Shown: in pieces, positions 40,162 through 48,380 of the stretch
Numbering within the stretch: position 1 is the stretch's first letter
Layout of the letters: each line of letters opens with the position of its first letter
NCBI GenBank assembly: GCA_963169225.1
Contig: CAUJDH010000088.1
Span: 22,718 to 86,717 of the forward strand
Length of the DNA: 64,000 bases
Direction: 5' to 3'
Origin: Actinomycetota bacterium
Lineage (GTDB): Bacteria; Actinomycetota; Actinomycetes; S36-B12; UBA10799
Position numbers and translations under genes: made by a program
Notes under the pieces: model-generated
Told to the model about the DNA's origin: nothing
Seen by the model: the letters and a program-made list of their open reading frames with translations, nothing else
The model's database searches: none

Positions 40162-41796
40162 TTAGTCCCCAGTCTTAGCGCTTTTTGCCAGTAACTCGCG
40201 ATCATCCATAGGAAGAATTTCGCCGTTAACCTCTTGACCTTGTTCATGACCTTTGCCGAGTGCTACAACCACATCGCCGGTTTGAGCAAGCGACACTGCA
40301 TGCGCGATTGCCGCTCGCCGGTCGCCGATCTCCTCAACGATCGTGGCCCGGTAGTTCTGGCTCAAAGCCTCGATGCCGTCCATTATTTGACTGCGAATGT
40401 CTGCTGGGTCTTCGGACCGCGGATTGTCGTCAGTGATGATGGCAATATCTGCCAATTGCACCGCCAATTGACCCATTGTCGGCCGCTTGCTCGGATCGCG
40501 ATCTCCACCGCATCCCAGAACGCAAATGACCCGGCCTCCGGTTGCGGCAGCCAGCTCACCAACACTCCCCAACGCACTCGCTACGGCGTCGGGTGTATGC
40601 GCATAGTCCACCAACATCGTGAAGTCTTGTCCGGCATCCACGGACTCCATCCGGCCAGGAGCGCCTTGACTAGATGACACTGCTTTGGTTGCCACGTAAA
40701 CCGTCGTGGGATCCACAAACGAAACATCCTCAAGGTTGGCTAAAACCCACGAAGTCACGGCAATTGCCGCCGTCGCGTTCGCCACGTTGTACCGCCCGAA
40801 CAGCCCTGTTCCTGCGAGGAATGGGCTGGCGACATCTATTTCTTCCTCAGGATCGTACAGCTTGAACTTCAAGCCATTCGGGGTCAAACTCAGATCGTTC
40901 GCTGTCCACGTGGGTGCATTCTCTCTACTCCACTTGGTCTCTTGTAGGCCCTCAACTACATAAGCCTCAGCGGGGATCGTTACTTGCTCCAGTAGCTTGA
41001 CACCCCATTGGTCGTCGGCGCAGATAACGGCCCGCTTTGCACGCTCTATGCTGAACAGCTTGGACTTGGCTGCAAAATAGTTTTCTTGTGTTCCATGGAA
41101 ATCTAAGTGATCAAGGCCAAGGTTGGTGAAAACAGCGAGATCAAATACGATCGAGTCCGCTCGGCCCAGCTCCAAAGCATGACTCGATACTTCGAGAACT
41201 GCCGCCTTGGCCCCTTGGTCACGCATAAACGCCAGAAGAGCCTGCAAGTCACTTGCCTCTGGAGTTGTACGTGCCGAGGCTGCACTCCAATCCCCCACCC
41301 TGGTAGCGATCGTGCCAACCAAACCAGTCAACACACCAAGGCTGTTCAGCGCACCTTCGATCAGCATGGCTGTCGTCGTCTTGCCGTCAGTACCCGTGAT
41401 ACCAATCATTTGCAAAGCACGTGCCGGATAGTCGTAAACCCAAGCAGCCACAGGACCTAATGCAGCACGCGGATCATCAACGACGAGGGTCGGAACGCCA
41501 ACCACTTGTTCGTTCTCGGAAGCCAATTGGTTGATTAACTCTTGCCCGTGCTCATCGGTCAGTACCGCATGAGCTCCGTTGGCGACAGCTTCGACGACGA
41601 ACTGAGCGCCGTGAAAGTTAGCGCCAGGTAGCGCTGCATAAAGATTGCCTGCCTGAACACGCCTTGAGTCGTGTGTGACGCCTCGAATCCATTCTTCACC
41701 GAATTCGACTTTGAGGTCGAGCAGCTGACCGAGTCCAGCAAGTGGCAACTGCTTTGCCTGCGGATTTAGTTCTGCGTCAGATAATTGCGGAGCCAA
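40162..41796 (-). CDS. murE: UDP-N-acetylmuramoyl-L-alanyl-D-glutamate--2,6-diaminopimelate (or L-Lys) ligase
   Basis: This 544 aa ORF has the motifs ITGTDGKTTT and VDYAHTPDA. The start is TTG at 41796. I cannot tell the substrate (DAP or Lys) by eye. Confidence 0.93.
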   Translation of the reverse strand: MAPQLSDAELNPQAKQLPLAGLGQLLDLKVEFGEEWIRGVTHDSRRVQAGNLYAALPGANFHGAQFVVEAVANGAHAVLTDEHGQELINQLASENEQVVGVPTLVVDDPRAALGPVAAWVYDYPARALQMIGITGTDGKTTTAMLIEGALNSLGVLTGLVGTIATRVGDWSAASARTTPEASDLQALLAFMRDQGAKAAVLEVSSHALELGRADSIVFDLAVFTNLGLDHLDFHGTQENYFAAKSKLFSIERAKRAVICADDQWGVKLLEQVTIPAEAYVVEGLQETKWSRENAPTWTANDLSLTPNGLKFKLYDPEEEIDVASPFLAGTGLFGRYNVANATAAIAVTSWVLANLEDVSFVDPTTVYVATKAVSSSQGAPGRMESVDAGQDFTMLVDYAHTPDAVASALGSVGELAAATGGRVICVLGCGGDRDPSKRPTMGQLAVQLADIAIITDDNPRSEDPADIRSQIMDGIEALSQNYRATIVEEIGDRRAAIAHAVSLAQTGDVVVALGKGHEQGQEVNGEILPMDDRELLAKSAKTGD

Positions 41797-41799
41797 GGA

Positions 41800-43749
41800 C
41801 TACCGCCAATTCCAGGGGCCGCCCTTTGAAGACTTGCTCGTATGACGCTGTAGAACTGGCGCAGGTTCGGCAATCGGCGATACTCGCTCGTTCTTGAGAA
41901 CTTGAGCCATGATCTCCTTGAATACCGGACCACCCGTGGTACTACCGAAGTGGTTGCCACCCTTTGGATTAATGGTGGTAACCGCCATCACGTACTGAGG
42001 ATCCGTCGCAGGAGCAAGACCAGCGAAGGAGGCTACATATCCGTTGTAACGACCCACCTTCTCGTCATATCGGTGAGCGGTACCAGTCTTGCCTGCCACG
42101 CGGTAACCGGGAATGTTCGCAATCGGCGCGGTACCTGTTTCTTGTACGACGCCTTCCATCATTTCGATCACTTGCTTGGCTGTCGATTCACTTACTACTC
42201 GTTCACCTTCGGCTATCGGCGCTTGTTCTACCGTGCCATCAGGACGGGTAATCGAGTCGATAATACGAGGAGTCATCTTGACGCCCATATTGCCGATGGT
42301 GGCAAAGACATCAGCCATCTGGACTACGTTGGCAGAGATACCCTGTCCGAATGTAATGGTGGGAAAAGAAGTGGGCGAGTACTGATCGAGCGGCAAAACT
42401 ATGCCCGGGTTCTCTAGTGGCAGTCCAAGACCCGAAGGCTTGCCGAGGCCGAACTTCTCATGATATTCACGCAGTTTCTCTGGGCCTACAGTCTCACCAA
42501 TTTGAATTGTGCCGATGTTGCTGGAGTGAGCGAGGACGCCCGCTGTCGTCAGCTGGTAATCAGGGTGATCCTGGTCATCCGAGAAATTTGTCCCACCACG
42601 CGGCAATCGATTGGGAACGTCGAACACCGTGGACTTGTCGACTTTACCCTCTTCAATCGCAGCCGAAACTGTGATCACCTTGGCGGTCGAACCAGGCTCG
42701 AAAGCGAGTTCAACGGGTAGATCACGTAAGTTTTCGGCCTTACGGTTCTTATCGCCTGGGTCGTCGGTCGGGCTTTGTGCGAGCGCCAAGACATTGCCCG
42801 TCTTGACTTCCATAATCACCGCAACCATGGAATCTGCGTCGAGCACTTCACGCTGCTTCTCAAGCGCAGACTGAGTAGCCCATTGCATATCTCGATCAAT
42901 GGTCAAGGTGTAGCTTGAACCGGGTTGACTGGCCTTCTCTCGAGCTGTGCCAGTTGGAATCTGCTTCCCCGACGCACTTTGCTCATAGGTTTTGTATCCG
43001 TCTTCACCTGACAGATGGTTATCAAGCATCTGCTCCAGGCCGGAGACACCCTGGTATCCGCCACCCTCTCGATCATCCTTGAGGTTGGTGTGGCCCAAGA
43101 AGTTCGCGCCAAGCGCACCGGAAGGATACGTGCGTACCGAAGCAGAGCGACTCAGGATTCCTGGAAGACCTTTCTTTCCGGAACCTGCCTTAGCAGCTTC
43201 CGCAGCTTGCTGATCAGGCGTCATAAGTGATCGGACCTGTTGCCACTTTTCTTCAGGGACAGCGCGCGCGATGTACGCAAAACGACTAGGGCCGCTGGCC
43301 AACTGAACTGGCTTGAGTCGCTCCTTGAGTGCGTCTTCTTTAGTGTCGAGAATCTTAGAAAGCTCACGAGCATAGAAGTTGATATCGGTAACCAGTGTCG
43401 GATCGACAGTGATATCGCGTCCAGGAACAGAAAGTGCCAGCGGTGTGCCGTTGCGGTCGTAGATTCGTCCGCGTTCAGCTGGCTGCGCAACTGTGACAGT
43501 ACGCATGCCCTTGGCTTCGGACGCCAATGCGTCACCTCGCACTAGTTGGAGGTCAACGAGCCTGGCAGCAAACAGAGAAAAAACAACCATGGCACCGATC
43601 AGAAGCGCACGAATCCGGCCTTTACCATCACTGAGTTTGAAGGGTGCTCGCAAGCGTTCCCAGTAGGACTTAGGTCTTTCGGACACGGTCGACTCATCGC
43701 GACTAGGAGTTGGTCCTGGTCGGTAGTCGTGCGAGTCTCTGTTCCCCAT
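41800..43749 (-). CDS. ftsI: Division-specific class B penicillin-binding protein (FtsI/PBP)
   Basis: This 649 aa ORF has an N-terminal TM, a dimerisation domain and a transpeptidase domain with STAK (EPGSTAKV), HSSN and KTGT motifs. Confidence 0.93.
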   Translation of the reverse strand: MGNRDSHDYRPGPTPSRDESTVSERPKSYWERLRAPFKLSDGKGRIRALLIGAMVVFSLFAARLVDLQLVRGDALASEAKGMRTVTVAQPAERGRIYDRNGTPLALSVPGRDITVDPTLVTDINFYARELSKILDTKEDALKERLKPVQLASGPSRFAYIARAVPEEKWQQVRSLMTPDQQAAEAAKAGSGKKGLPGILSRSASVRTYPSGALGANFLGHTNLKDDREGGGYQGVSGLEQMLDNHLSGEDGYKTYEQSASGKQIPTGTAREKASQPGSSYTLTIDRDMQWATQSALEKQREVLDADSMVAVIMEVKTGNVLALAQSPTDDPGDKNRKAENLRDLPVELAFEPGSTAKVITVSAAIEEGKVDKSTVFDVPNRLPRGGTNFSDDQDHPDYQLTTAGVLAHSSNIGTIQIGETVGPEKLREYHEKFGLGKPSGLGLPLENPGIVLPLDQYSPTSFPTITFGQGISANVVQMADVFATIGNMGVKMTPRIIDSITRPDGTVEQAPIAEGERVVSESTAKQVIEMMEGVVQETGTAPIANIPGYRVAGKTGTAHRYDEKVGRYNGYVASFAGLAPATDPQYVMAVTTINPKGGNHFGSTTGGPVFKEIMAQVLKNERVSPIAEPAPVLQRHTSKSSKGGPWNWR

Positions 43750-43770
43750 GCCCTGCTCTATCGTTGTTTG

Positions 43771-44616
43771 TTAGTTGTCGAGAAGCCCCAAAGGTCGAAG
43801 TCCAGAACCGTTATTTGATTCCCCAGCGCCGGCCTCAGTTTTGAGGAAGCCAGTTGCTGGATCTACCGTTCCTGGAGCGACAGAAGCGTCACTGGACGCC
43901 ACTCGCTCTTCGGCCTTCTCTTTCTTCTTTTTCTTCTTTGTGGCGTAAGACATAGGAATTTGGGCCACCTCTGCTTCACCCGTTATCGTCTTTGAATTCA
44001 AATCGATGAACGCTGAAGTTCCGGCAGCAACCATCCCCATGGCCTTAGCTTTATTCTCAAGGCCAACTGGTGATTCGACCTCGGAAAGTTTGTTGCTTAA
44101 CATCTGCTCTTGAAGAGCTAAATCTCGCATATTGTCGCGTGCATTTTGCAGCTCGAAAGTGCCCGCAGCTAGTGACGTGTTGATCACAAGCAGCAAAGCC
44201 AGTACCCCAGTTAGCGCACCAACCATCGTCAGGAAGAATGCACGGTTTCCCAGCCTGACCTTCCGACCGGCGAGTACCACTTGCACTGGCGAGGTCTTGG
44301 CCCATTCCGGGAGCCGAAGAGTGTCAACGAGCGATCCGATTGAGGACGGAGCCAGTGCCGAAGAGTTTGCCTTACCTGCAACTAGGGTGCCATCTCCGGC
44401 AGCCTCAAATCTTGCTTGGAGACGTGCCTCACGACGAGTATGCGGCCTAAGTTCGGCAGTACCAGCAGCCTGCGTGCTGGCAGTAGAGTTGCGACCGGCG
44501 CGGACAGTTCGAACGCGCTTAGTTGGCCGAGAGGGTCGCTTCGAAGCTATTCCCGCGGCAGCATCAAGTGCGCGACGGGCACTATTGCCCAGCACATCTT
44601 GTGTATGTGCGCTCAT
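43771..44616 (-). CDS. ftsL: FtsL-like bitopic division protein with long basic N-terminal extension
   Basis: This 281 aa ORF sits between rsmH and ftsI. A single TM (FFLTMVGALTGVLALLLVI) is followed by a coiled-coil-like LQNARDNMRDLALQEQMLSNKLSEVE. Confidence 0.6.
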   Translation of the reverse strand: MSAHTQDVLGNSARRALDAAAGIASKRPSRPTKRVRTVRAGRNSTASTQAAGTAELRPHTRREARLQARFEAAGDGTLVAGKANSSALAPSSIGSLVDTLRLPEWAKTSPVQVVLAGRKVRLGNRAFFLTMVGALTGVLALLLVINTSLAAGTFELQNARDNMRDLALQEQMLSNKLSEVESPVGLENKAKAMGMVAAGTSAFIDLNSKTITGEAEVAQIPMSYATKKKKKKEKAEERVASSDASVAPGTVDPATGFLKTEAGAGESNNGSGLRPLGLLDN

Positions 44617-45560
44617 GCTGCCTCCCTCAGAACCTCGACTGCGCGTAGCTTCGCCGACATGGCGCGCCTATTGCCCCCAATTTCTTCTTTAGACGCTACC
44701 TCGCTACCCCGGGTCAAGAGGCGTAAGTAGGGCCGCGAGTCGTCAGGAATAACAGGAAGCCCGTGTGGGACATCTGCGGTCGATCCGGCCGCAAAACGGC
44801 GCTTCACGATCCGATCCTCTAGTGAGTGATACGAAAGGACAATCATCCTTCCCCCAATCCTCAAATGGTCAATACCAGCTTGCAATGCGTTGTCGAGTTC
44901 CACGAGTTCTTGATTGACTTCGATTCTGAGCGCTTGGAACGTGCGCTTGGAGGGGTTTCCTCCCTTTCGTCTTGCAGGTGCGGGGATCGCAACATCAATG
45001 ACTTCAACGAGTTCACCGGTGGTAGTCAGCGGTTTGATTTGGCGGCGCCGAACTAGCTCACTGACGATCCGCTTGGCATTCTTCTCTTCGCCGTATTCGC
45101 GCAGGATGCGAACGAGATCCCCTGGCGCATAAGTGTTGACCACCGTTGCAGCCGTAAGCTCGTCTTCTTGATTCATGCGCATATCGAGCGGGGCATCTGC
45201 GTTGTAACTAAATCCACGAGCACGCTGGTCGAGCTGCATGCTCGACACACCCAGATCGAACAGGATCGCATCGACTTTGCCTGCGCCCTGGCTATCGATC
45301 ACTTGACCGATGTCTTCGTGCTTGGCGTGTACCAGTTCAATTCGGTCCGAGAATGGTGCGAGGCGCTCGGCTGCTAGTTCCAGCGCGTTAGTGTCACGAT
45401 CGATTCCGATCAACTGCAGATCGGGAAACCGGGTGAGCATGGCTTCGGCATGACCGCCGAGTCCAAGCGTGGCATCTACATAGACCGCATCGGACTGCTC
45501 GACGGAGGGAGCGAAGAGTTCGACACAACGCTCCAGCAAAACTGGCGTATGCAGTGTCAT
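44613..45560 (-). CDS. rsmH: 16S rRNA (cytosine1402-N4)-methyltransferase
   Basis: This 315 aa ORF has the motifs HTPVLL, DATLGLGGH, FDLGVSSMQLD and SYHSLEDR. An SD GGGAGGAGGG lies upstream. Confidence 0.96.
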   Translation of the reverse strand: MTLHTPVLLERCVELFAPSVEQSDAVYVDATLGLGGHAEAMLTRFPDLQLIGIDRDTNALELAAERLAPFSDRIELVHAKHEDIGQVIDSQGAGKVDAILFDLGVSSMQLDQRARGFSYNADAPLDMRMNQEDELTAATVVNTYAPGDLVRILREYGEEKNAKRIVSELVRRRQIKPLTTTGELVEVIDVAIPAPARRKGGNPSKRTFQALRIEVNQELVELDNALQAGIDHLRIGGRMIVLSYHSLEDRIVKRRFAAGSTADVPHGLPVIPDDSRPYLRLLTRGSEVASKEEIGGNRRAMSAKLRAVEVLREAA

Positions 45561-45701
45561 CTGACCCTCCTCCCGATCGTTCTATGTGCGGTTGTGTTGC
45601 TTGCGTTTACTTTGGTGTGCCGGTGGTTTGCCGCTTCAGGTCCCCGCCCGCATCCGCTCTTTCGAGTCGACGCCTCCGACGACGGGGAAGTTCGCCGGGG
45701 T

Positions 45702-45725
45702 CCGCAACCGGGGAAGTAGTTGCGG
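45702..45725 (-). other. 7-bp stem / 10-nt loop hairpin within the 245-nt mraZ-rsmH spacer
   Basis: CCGCAAC (45702-45708) pairs with GTTGCGG (45719-45725). The spacer is G/C-run rich and contains no credible ORF. Confidence 0.3.
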
Positions 45726-45805
45726 TGCACGTCCGAATGCCGTTCTTTATTCGTGGGGCGGGAAGGGGCCTGAGGTTACAAACCGCCTTGGCTTGCCTTC
45801 TTGGT

Positions 45806-46237
45806 TTAGAAGACTCCTGGCACCACCTCCTCCGAGAGCTCGGCATAGGCCTGCTCTTGTGCATCCAGATACGTTTGCCACGCTTCTGGATTCCAGATCT
45901 CGAGCGTTGCGTGGTTACCAACAACCACACACTCCTTTTCAAGTCCGGCATACTCGCGCAGTTGAGTGGGAATCCCGATGCGTCCCTGCTTATCAGGGAA
46001 TTCGCTCGAGGCTCCCGAGAACAGTACGCGCGAGTAAGCCCTAGCGTTCTTGTCGGTCCGAGAGGCTTCTCGAACGCGACTTGCATACTGTTCAAACTCA
46101 GAAGTTGGCCACACGATGACAGAACGATCCTGCCCCTTCGTGAGTACAACTCCTCCCGCCAATTCATCACGGAACTTAGAAGGGAGCACCATACGTCCTT
46201 TGAGATCCATCTTCGGTTGATGAGTTCCTAAGAACAT
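45806..46237 (-). CDS. mraZ: Transcriptional regulator MraZ
   Basis: This is a 143 aa ORF after trimming to ATG 46237 (MFLGTHQPKMDLKGRMVLPSKFR), which is preceded by GGGAGGTG. It has a duplicated SpoVT/AbrB-like layout. Confidence 0.95.
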   Translation of the reverse strand: MFLGTHQPKMDLKGRMVLPSKFRDELAGGVVLTKGQDRSVIVWPTSEFEQYASRVREASRTDKNARAYSRVLFSGASSEFPDKQGRIGIPTQLREYAGLEKECVVVGNHATLEIWNPEAWQTYLDAQEQAYAELSEEVVPGVF

Positions 46238-46355
46238 GTGCTTCACCTCCCTTACCCGTGTCCAGATGACATTCCTTGTCGTCCGCCGCGTTTTCGGCCG
46301 ACCGTTCAAGGTGCTCGGTATATGTCACCTAGTTTTAAGTGTTGCACAGGATTCC

Positions 46356-46382
46356 CCACTTTGCACCACTCTCCTCCACTTT
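46356..46382 (-). promoter_or_regulatory. Three direct heptamer boxes (AAAGTGG / AGAGTGG / AAAGTGG) at exact 10-bp phasing: probable MraZ operator
   Basis: The plus strand has ccacttt at 46356, ccactct at 46366 and ccacttt at 46376. The boxes lie 119-145 nt upstream of the mraZ ATG. They match the published MraZ direct-repeat logic (AAAGTG[G/T] boxes or GTGGG repeats with a 10-bp period). Confidence 0.65.
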
Positions 46383-46634
46383 CGACGTCAAATTAGGGAA
46401 ACTTGAGGATTTTTTGGTTATTAAGTGGGTTTTTTCGAGATTCTGGGCGAAAAAATATGACAAATCGGACACCAATGCCAAGAGGTCACCGAAGGCTTGT
46501 TATGGGCTTGAATATCTGAAGGGCCATACTCCCCCAAGTTGGGCAAGCCGGACCTAGTGCTAATCCAAGTGCTGGAGTAATATCGACTTGCACCGATTAC
46601 TTGAGCTTGATTCGAAGCCCAGTTATCAGCGTTT

Positions 46635-46708
46635 GCCCTCGTAACCCAATTGGCAGAGGTAGGCGACTCAAAATCGTCCCAGTGTGAGTTCGAGTCTCAC
46701 CGAGGGCA
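46635..46708 (+). tRNA. 74-nt class-I cloverleaf tRNA with anticodon CAA (nominally tRNA-Leu), discriminator A, no encoded CCA
   Basis: The acceptor stem is GCCCTCG/CGAGGGC, a perfect 7 bp. The D arm is ACC(C)-AATTGGCAG-(A)GGT with G18G19. The anticodon arm is GGCGA-CTCAAAA-TCGTC, with anticodon CAA at 46669-46671. The variable loop is CCAGT, only 5 nt. The T arm is GTGAG-TTCGAGT-CTCAC. Confidence 0.85.
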
Positions 46709-46713
46709 CACAT

Positions 46714-48135
46714 TCAACGGCGTACTTTGATTGCACTCGTGGCTGGCTTGCTGTAGCCCACGGAATTGTACGCCTGTACTCGTACTCGATAGTTCACGTA
46801 CTTAGAGGCAACTTCACCGCGTACGCTTCTCTTGCAATGCGAGTTCTTCAAAAGGAACGAGCGAGAGAGATTGATCTTATGAGTGCTCTTTCCTACCTTC
46901 TTGGAATAGAAATTCTTTGAACACCCTTTGACATTGACCCGAACCCGATAGCCATTGACTGGCCTTGTAGTTGTGCTCTTGGCAGCAGTCCAACGAACAA
47001 CAAACTTGCGAGCCGTCGACTTACCTGTGGTCTTCACCTTCTTGGGTGCAGTCGGCACTTTTTTGTTTGATGGCGGCGGGGTTGGCGGATACTTGAACTC
47101 CACCCATAGCGATCCAAAGTCTTCTGATACGTCAGCTACTCTGCGGGTGAGAGCTACCGTCGAACCGCTTGTGGCATAGGTAATTGAGGGAAGCTGTGCA
47201 ACTGCGGTATCTGCGCCTGAACCACCATCGTCAATAAAACCACTCGGTTCAGGGTTGGGACGCGTTCCACCGACATCCAACGTCCCTGCCGAAGTCGCAC
47301 CATAACCGGCACCAACTCCGACGCCGGTGTCAGTCGTACTTGCCGCCTTCACCACTCCACCGGTAATCGACACAGTCCCACCACCTGCATCGGCGCCGCC
47401 CCCAATACCAGCACCGCCGTTATCACCAGTTGCGTTAACTGTGCCGCCAGAAATTGAAACCTCGGTACTACCTCCACTCGAAGTCTCTCCCCAACCGGAA
47501 CCGATACCGGCGCTACCCCAGCCACCAATTGCGTTCACTGTGCCACCAGTAATTGTCACCAGTCCAGCTTCAGCGCCGTTGCTGCCACCGATGCCAGCTC
47601 CATAGTCGCCACCAGTTGCATTGACGGTACCTCCAGTGATCGTGATCTTACTGCCACCAGCACCTCCGTCACCACCGCCAATCGCCGGGAACTCACTGCC
47701 TCCGATGACCGTGATGGCACCATTCTTAATAGTGATATGGCCGTTTCTCCAGCTCGAGCCACCAATCCCGGCCTGGTAGTCGGATACATCGTCAATAAGG
47801 AGTGAACCGTTGTGAGCAGAACTCTTGTCGTCGATAGTAAGACTGTCACCTGGCTCAACGCCAATACCTGAGGGAACCTGAAGGTTTTGGCCGTTGAGAT
47901 CGATCGTTACCGCGTCGCCGTTTCTGGAATCCAGACGGTCATCGATGGTATAGCCAGCGGTGACTCGGATCGTGTCGCCATCAGCCGCAGTTGAGTCCCA
48001 ACAGGTTTCAAACTGAGTTGGGTTATTCGCATTACATATGGATGCGGCCTGTGCGGGCGTACCCGCTAGGACTCCGGCGACCAAGGCCAACGATGCACTG
48101 GCACCAACAATTCCGCGGACTCGAAGACTCGACAT
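46714..48135 (-). CDS. Secreted Gly-rich beta-helix-like repeat protein with basic C-terminal FN3-like domain
   Basis: The ORF has a signal peptide MSSLRVRGIVGASASLALVAGVLAGTPAQA|AS; I chose start ATG 48135 after GGAAGG, while the track start is 48159. It has five or six repeats of type (I/V)TI(T/S)GGTVNA(T/I)GG..GAGIGG and a PPTPPPS linker. The Lys/Arg-rich C-terminus (RKFVVRWTAA...VNGYRVRV...YRVRVQAYNSVGYS) is FN3-like. I saw no LPXTG motif. Confidence 0.8.
   Translation of the reverse strand: MSSLRVRGIVGASASLALVAGVLAGTPAQAASICNANNPTQFETCWDSTAADGDTIRVTAGYTIDDRLDSRNGDAVTIDLNGQNLQVPSGIGVEPGDSLTIDDKSSAHNGSLLIDDVSDYQAGIGGSSWRNGHITIKNGAITVIGGSEFPAIGGGDGGAGGSKITITGGTVNATGGDYGAGIGGSNGAEAGLVTITGGTVNAIGGWGSAGIGSGWGETSSGGSTEVSISGGTVNATGDNGGAGIGGGADAGGGTVSITGGVVKAASTTDTGVGVGAGYGATSAGTLDVGGTRPNPEPSGFIDDGGSGADTAVAQLPSITYATSGSTVALTRRVADVSEDFGSLWVEFKYPPTPPPSNKKVPTAPKKVKTTGKSTARKFVVRWTAAKSTTTRPVNGYRVRVNVKGCSKNFYSKKVGKSTHKINLSRSFLLKNSHCKRSVRGEVASKYVNYRVRVQAYNSVGYSKPATSAIKVRR
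47275..47811 (-). repeat. In-frame degenerate coding repeats (about 22-30 aa period) of the Gly-rich protein
   Basis: The protein-level repeats are HITIKNGAITVIGGSEFPAIGGG, KITITGGTVNATGGDYGAGIGGS, LVTITGGTVNAIGGWGSAGIGSG, EVSISGGTVNATGDNGGAGIGGG and TVSITGGVVKAAS...GVGVGAG. Confidence 0.7.
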
Positions 48136-48278
48136 GTTCATCCTTCCGACTGACAGCATGCGTCACTCACTGCAAGAAGCAAAGGTCAGCAAGTACAACC
48201 TGACCATCGGAGACTCTAGGTCTTTGCCATAGCGCAAGACAACACGAGAAAATGTTTAGCCGCCGATTAGGGAAAGAA

Positions 48279-48304
48279 TGAACCAGATGGTTCACAACCG
48301 TTGT
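48279..48304. promoter_or_regulatory. Two abutting perfect palindromes (TGAACCA-ga-TGGTTCA and ACAAC-c-GTTGT) upstream of the Gly-repeat protein gene
   Basis: 48279-48294 is a 7-2-7 inverted repeat whose loop is too short for an RNA hairpin, which makes it operator-like. 48294-48304 is a 5-1-5 palindrome. Both lie about 145-170 nt upstream of start 48135 and downstream of the nirK stop. Confidence 0.3.
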
Positions 48305-48380
48305 CTTTACCGGCAGAGACTCGTAGGGAACGCAAGAGAGACTGAGAGCCTCTCCGTCAGCGTCCGCAAAGAGACCCGCA

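Noticed and set aside
45554-46231. Three overlapping long ORFs (45554-46231 +, 45586-46044 +, 45607-46170 -) span mraZ and the mraZ-rsmH spacer.
   Set aside because: They overlap the well-supported mraZ frame or run through the G/C-run spacer. Their translations are Arg/Pro/Ser-rich with no recognisable domain. I treated them as artefacts.
46339-46557. A 72-aa plus-strand ORF lies in the mraZ upstream region.
   Set aside because: It sits in an AT-rich promoter region containing the MraZ boxes and A/T tracts. It has odd composition, no SD and no recognisable similarity.
46635-46708. The tRNA locus could be read on the minus strand, where the loop would give anticodon UUG (Gln).
   Set aside because: Only the plus-strand orientation gives a canonical T-arm (GTGAG-TTCGAGT-CTCAC), U8, A14 and G18G19. 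The reverse complement has no T-loop or D-loop signatures.
47275-47811. The DNA here shows periodic G-rich repetition that could be mistaken for a tandem-repeat or CRISPR-like array.
   Set aside because: The repeats are degenerate, in frame, and translate into coherent Gly-rich protein coils within a signal-peptide-bearing ORF. There is no repeat-spacer structure.
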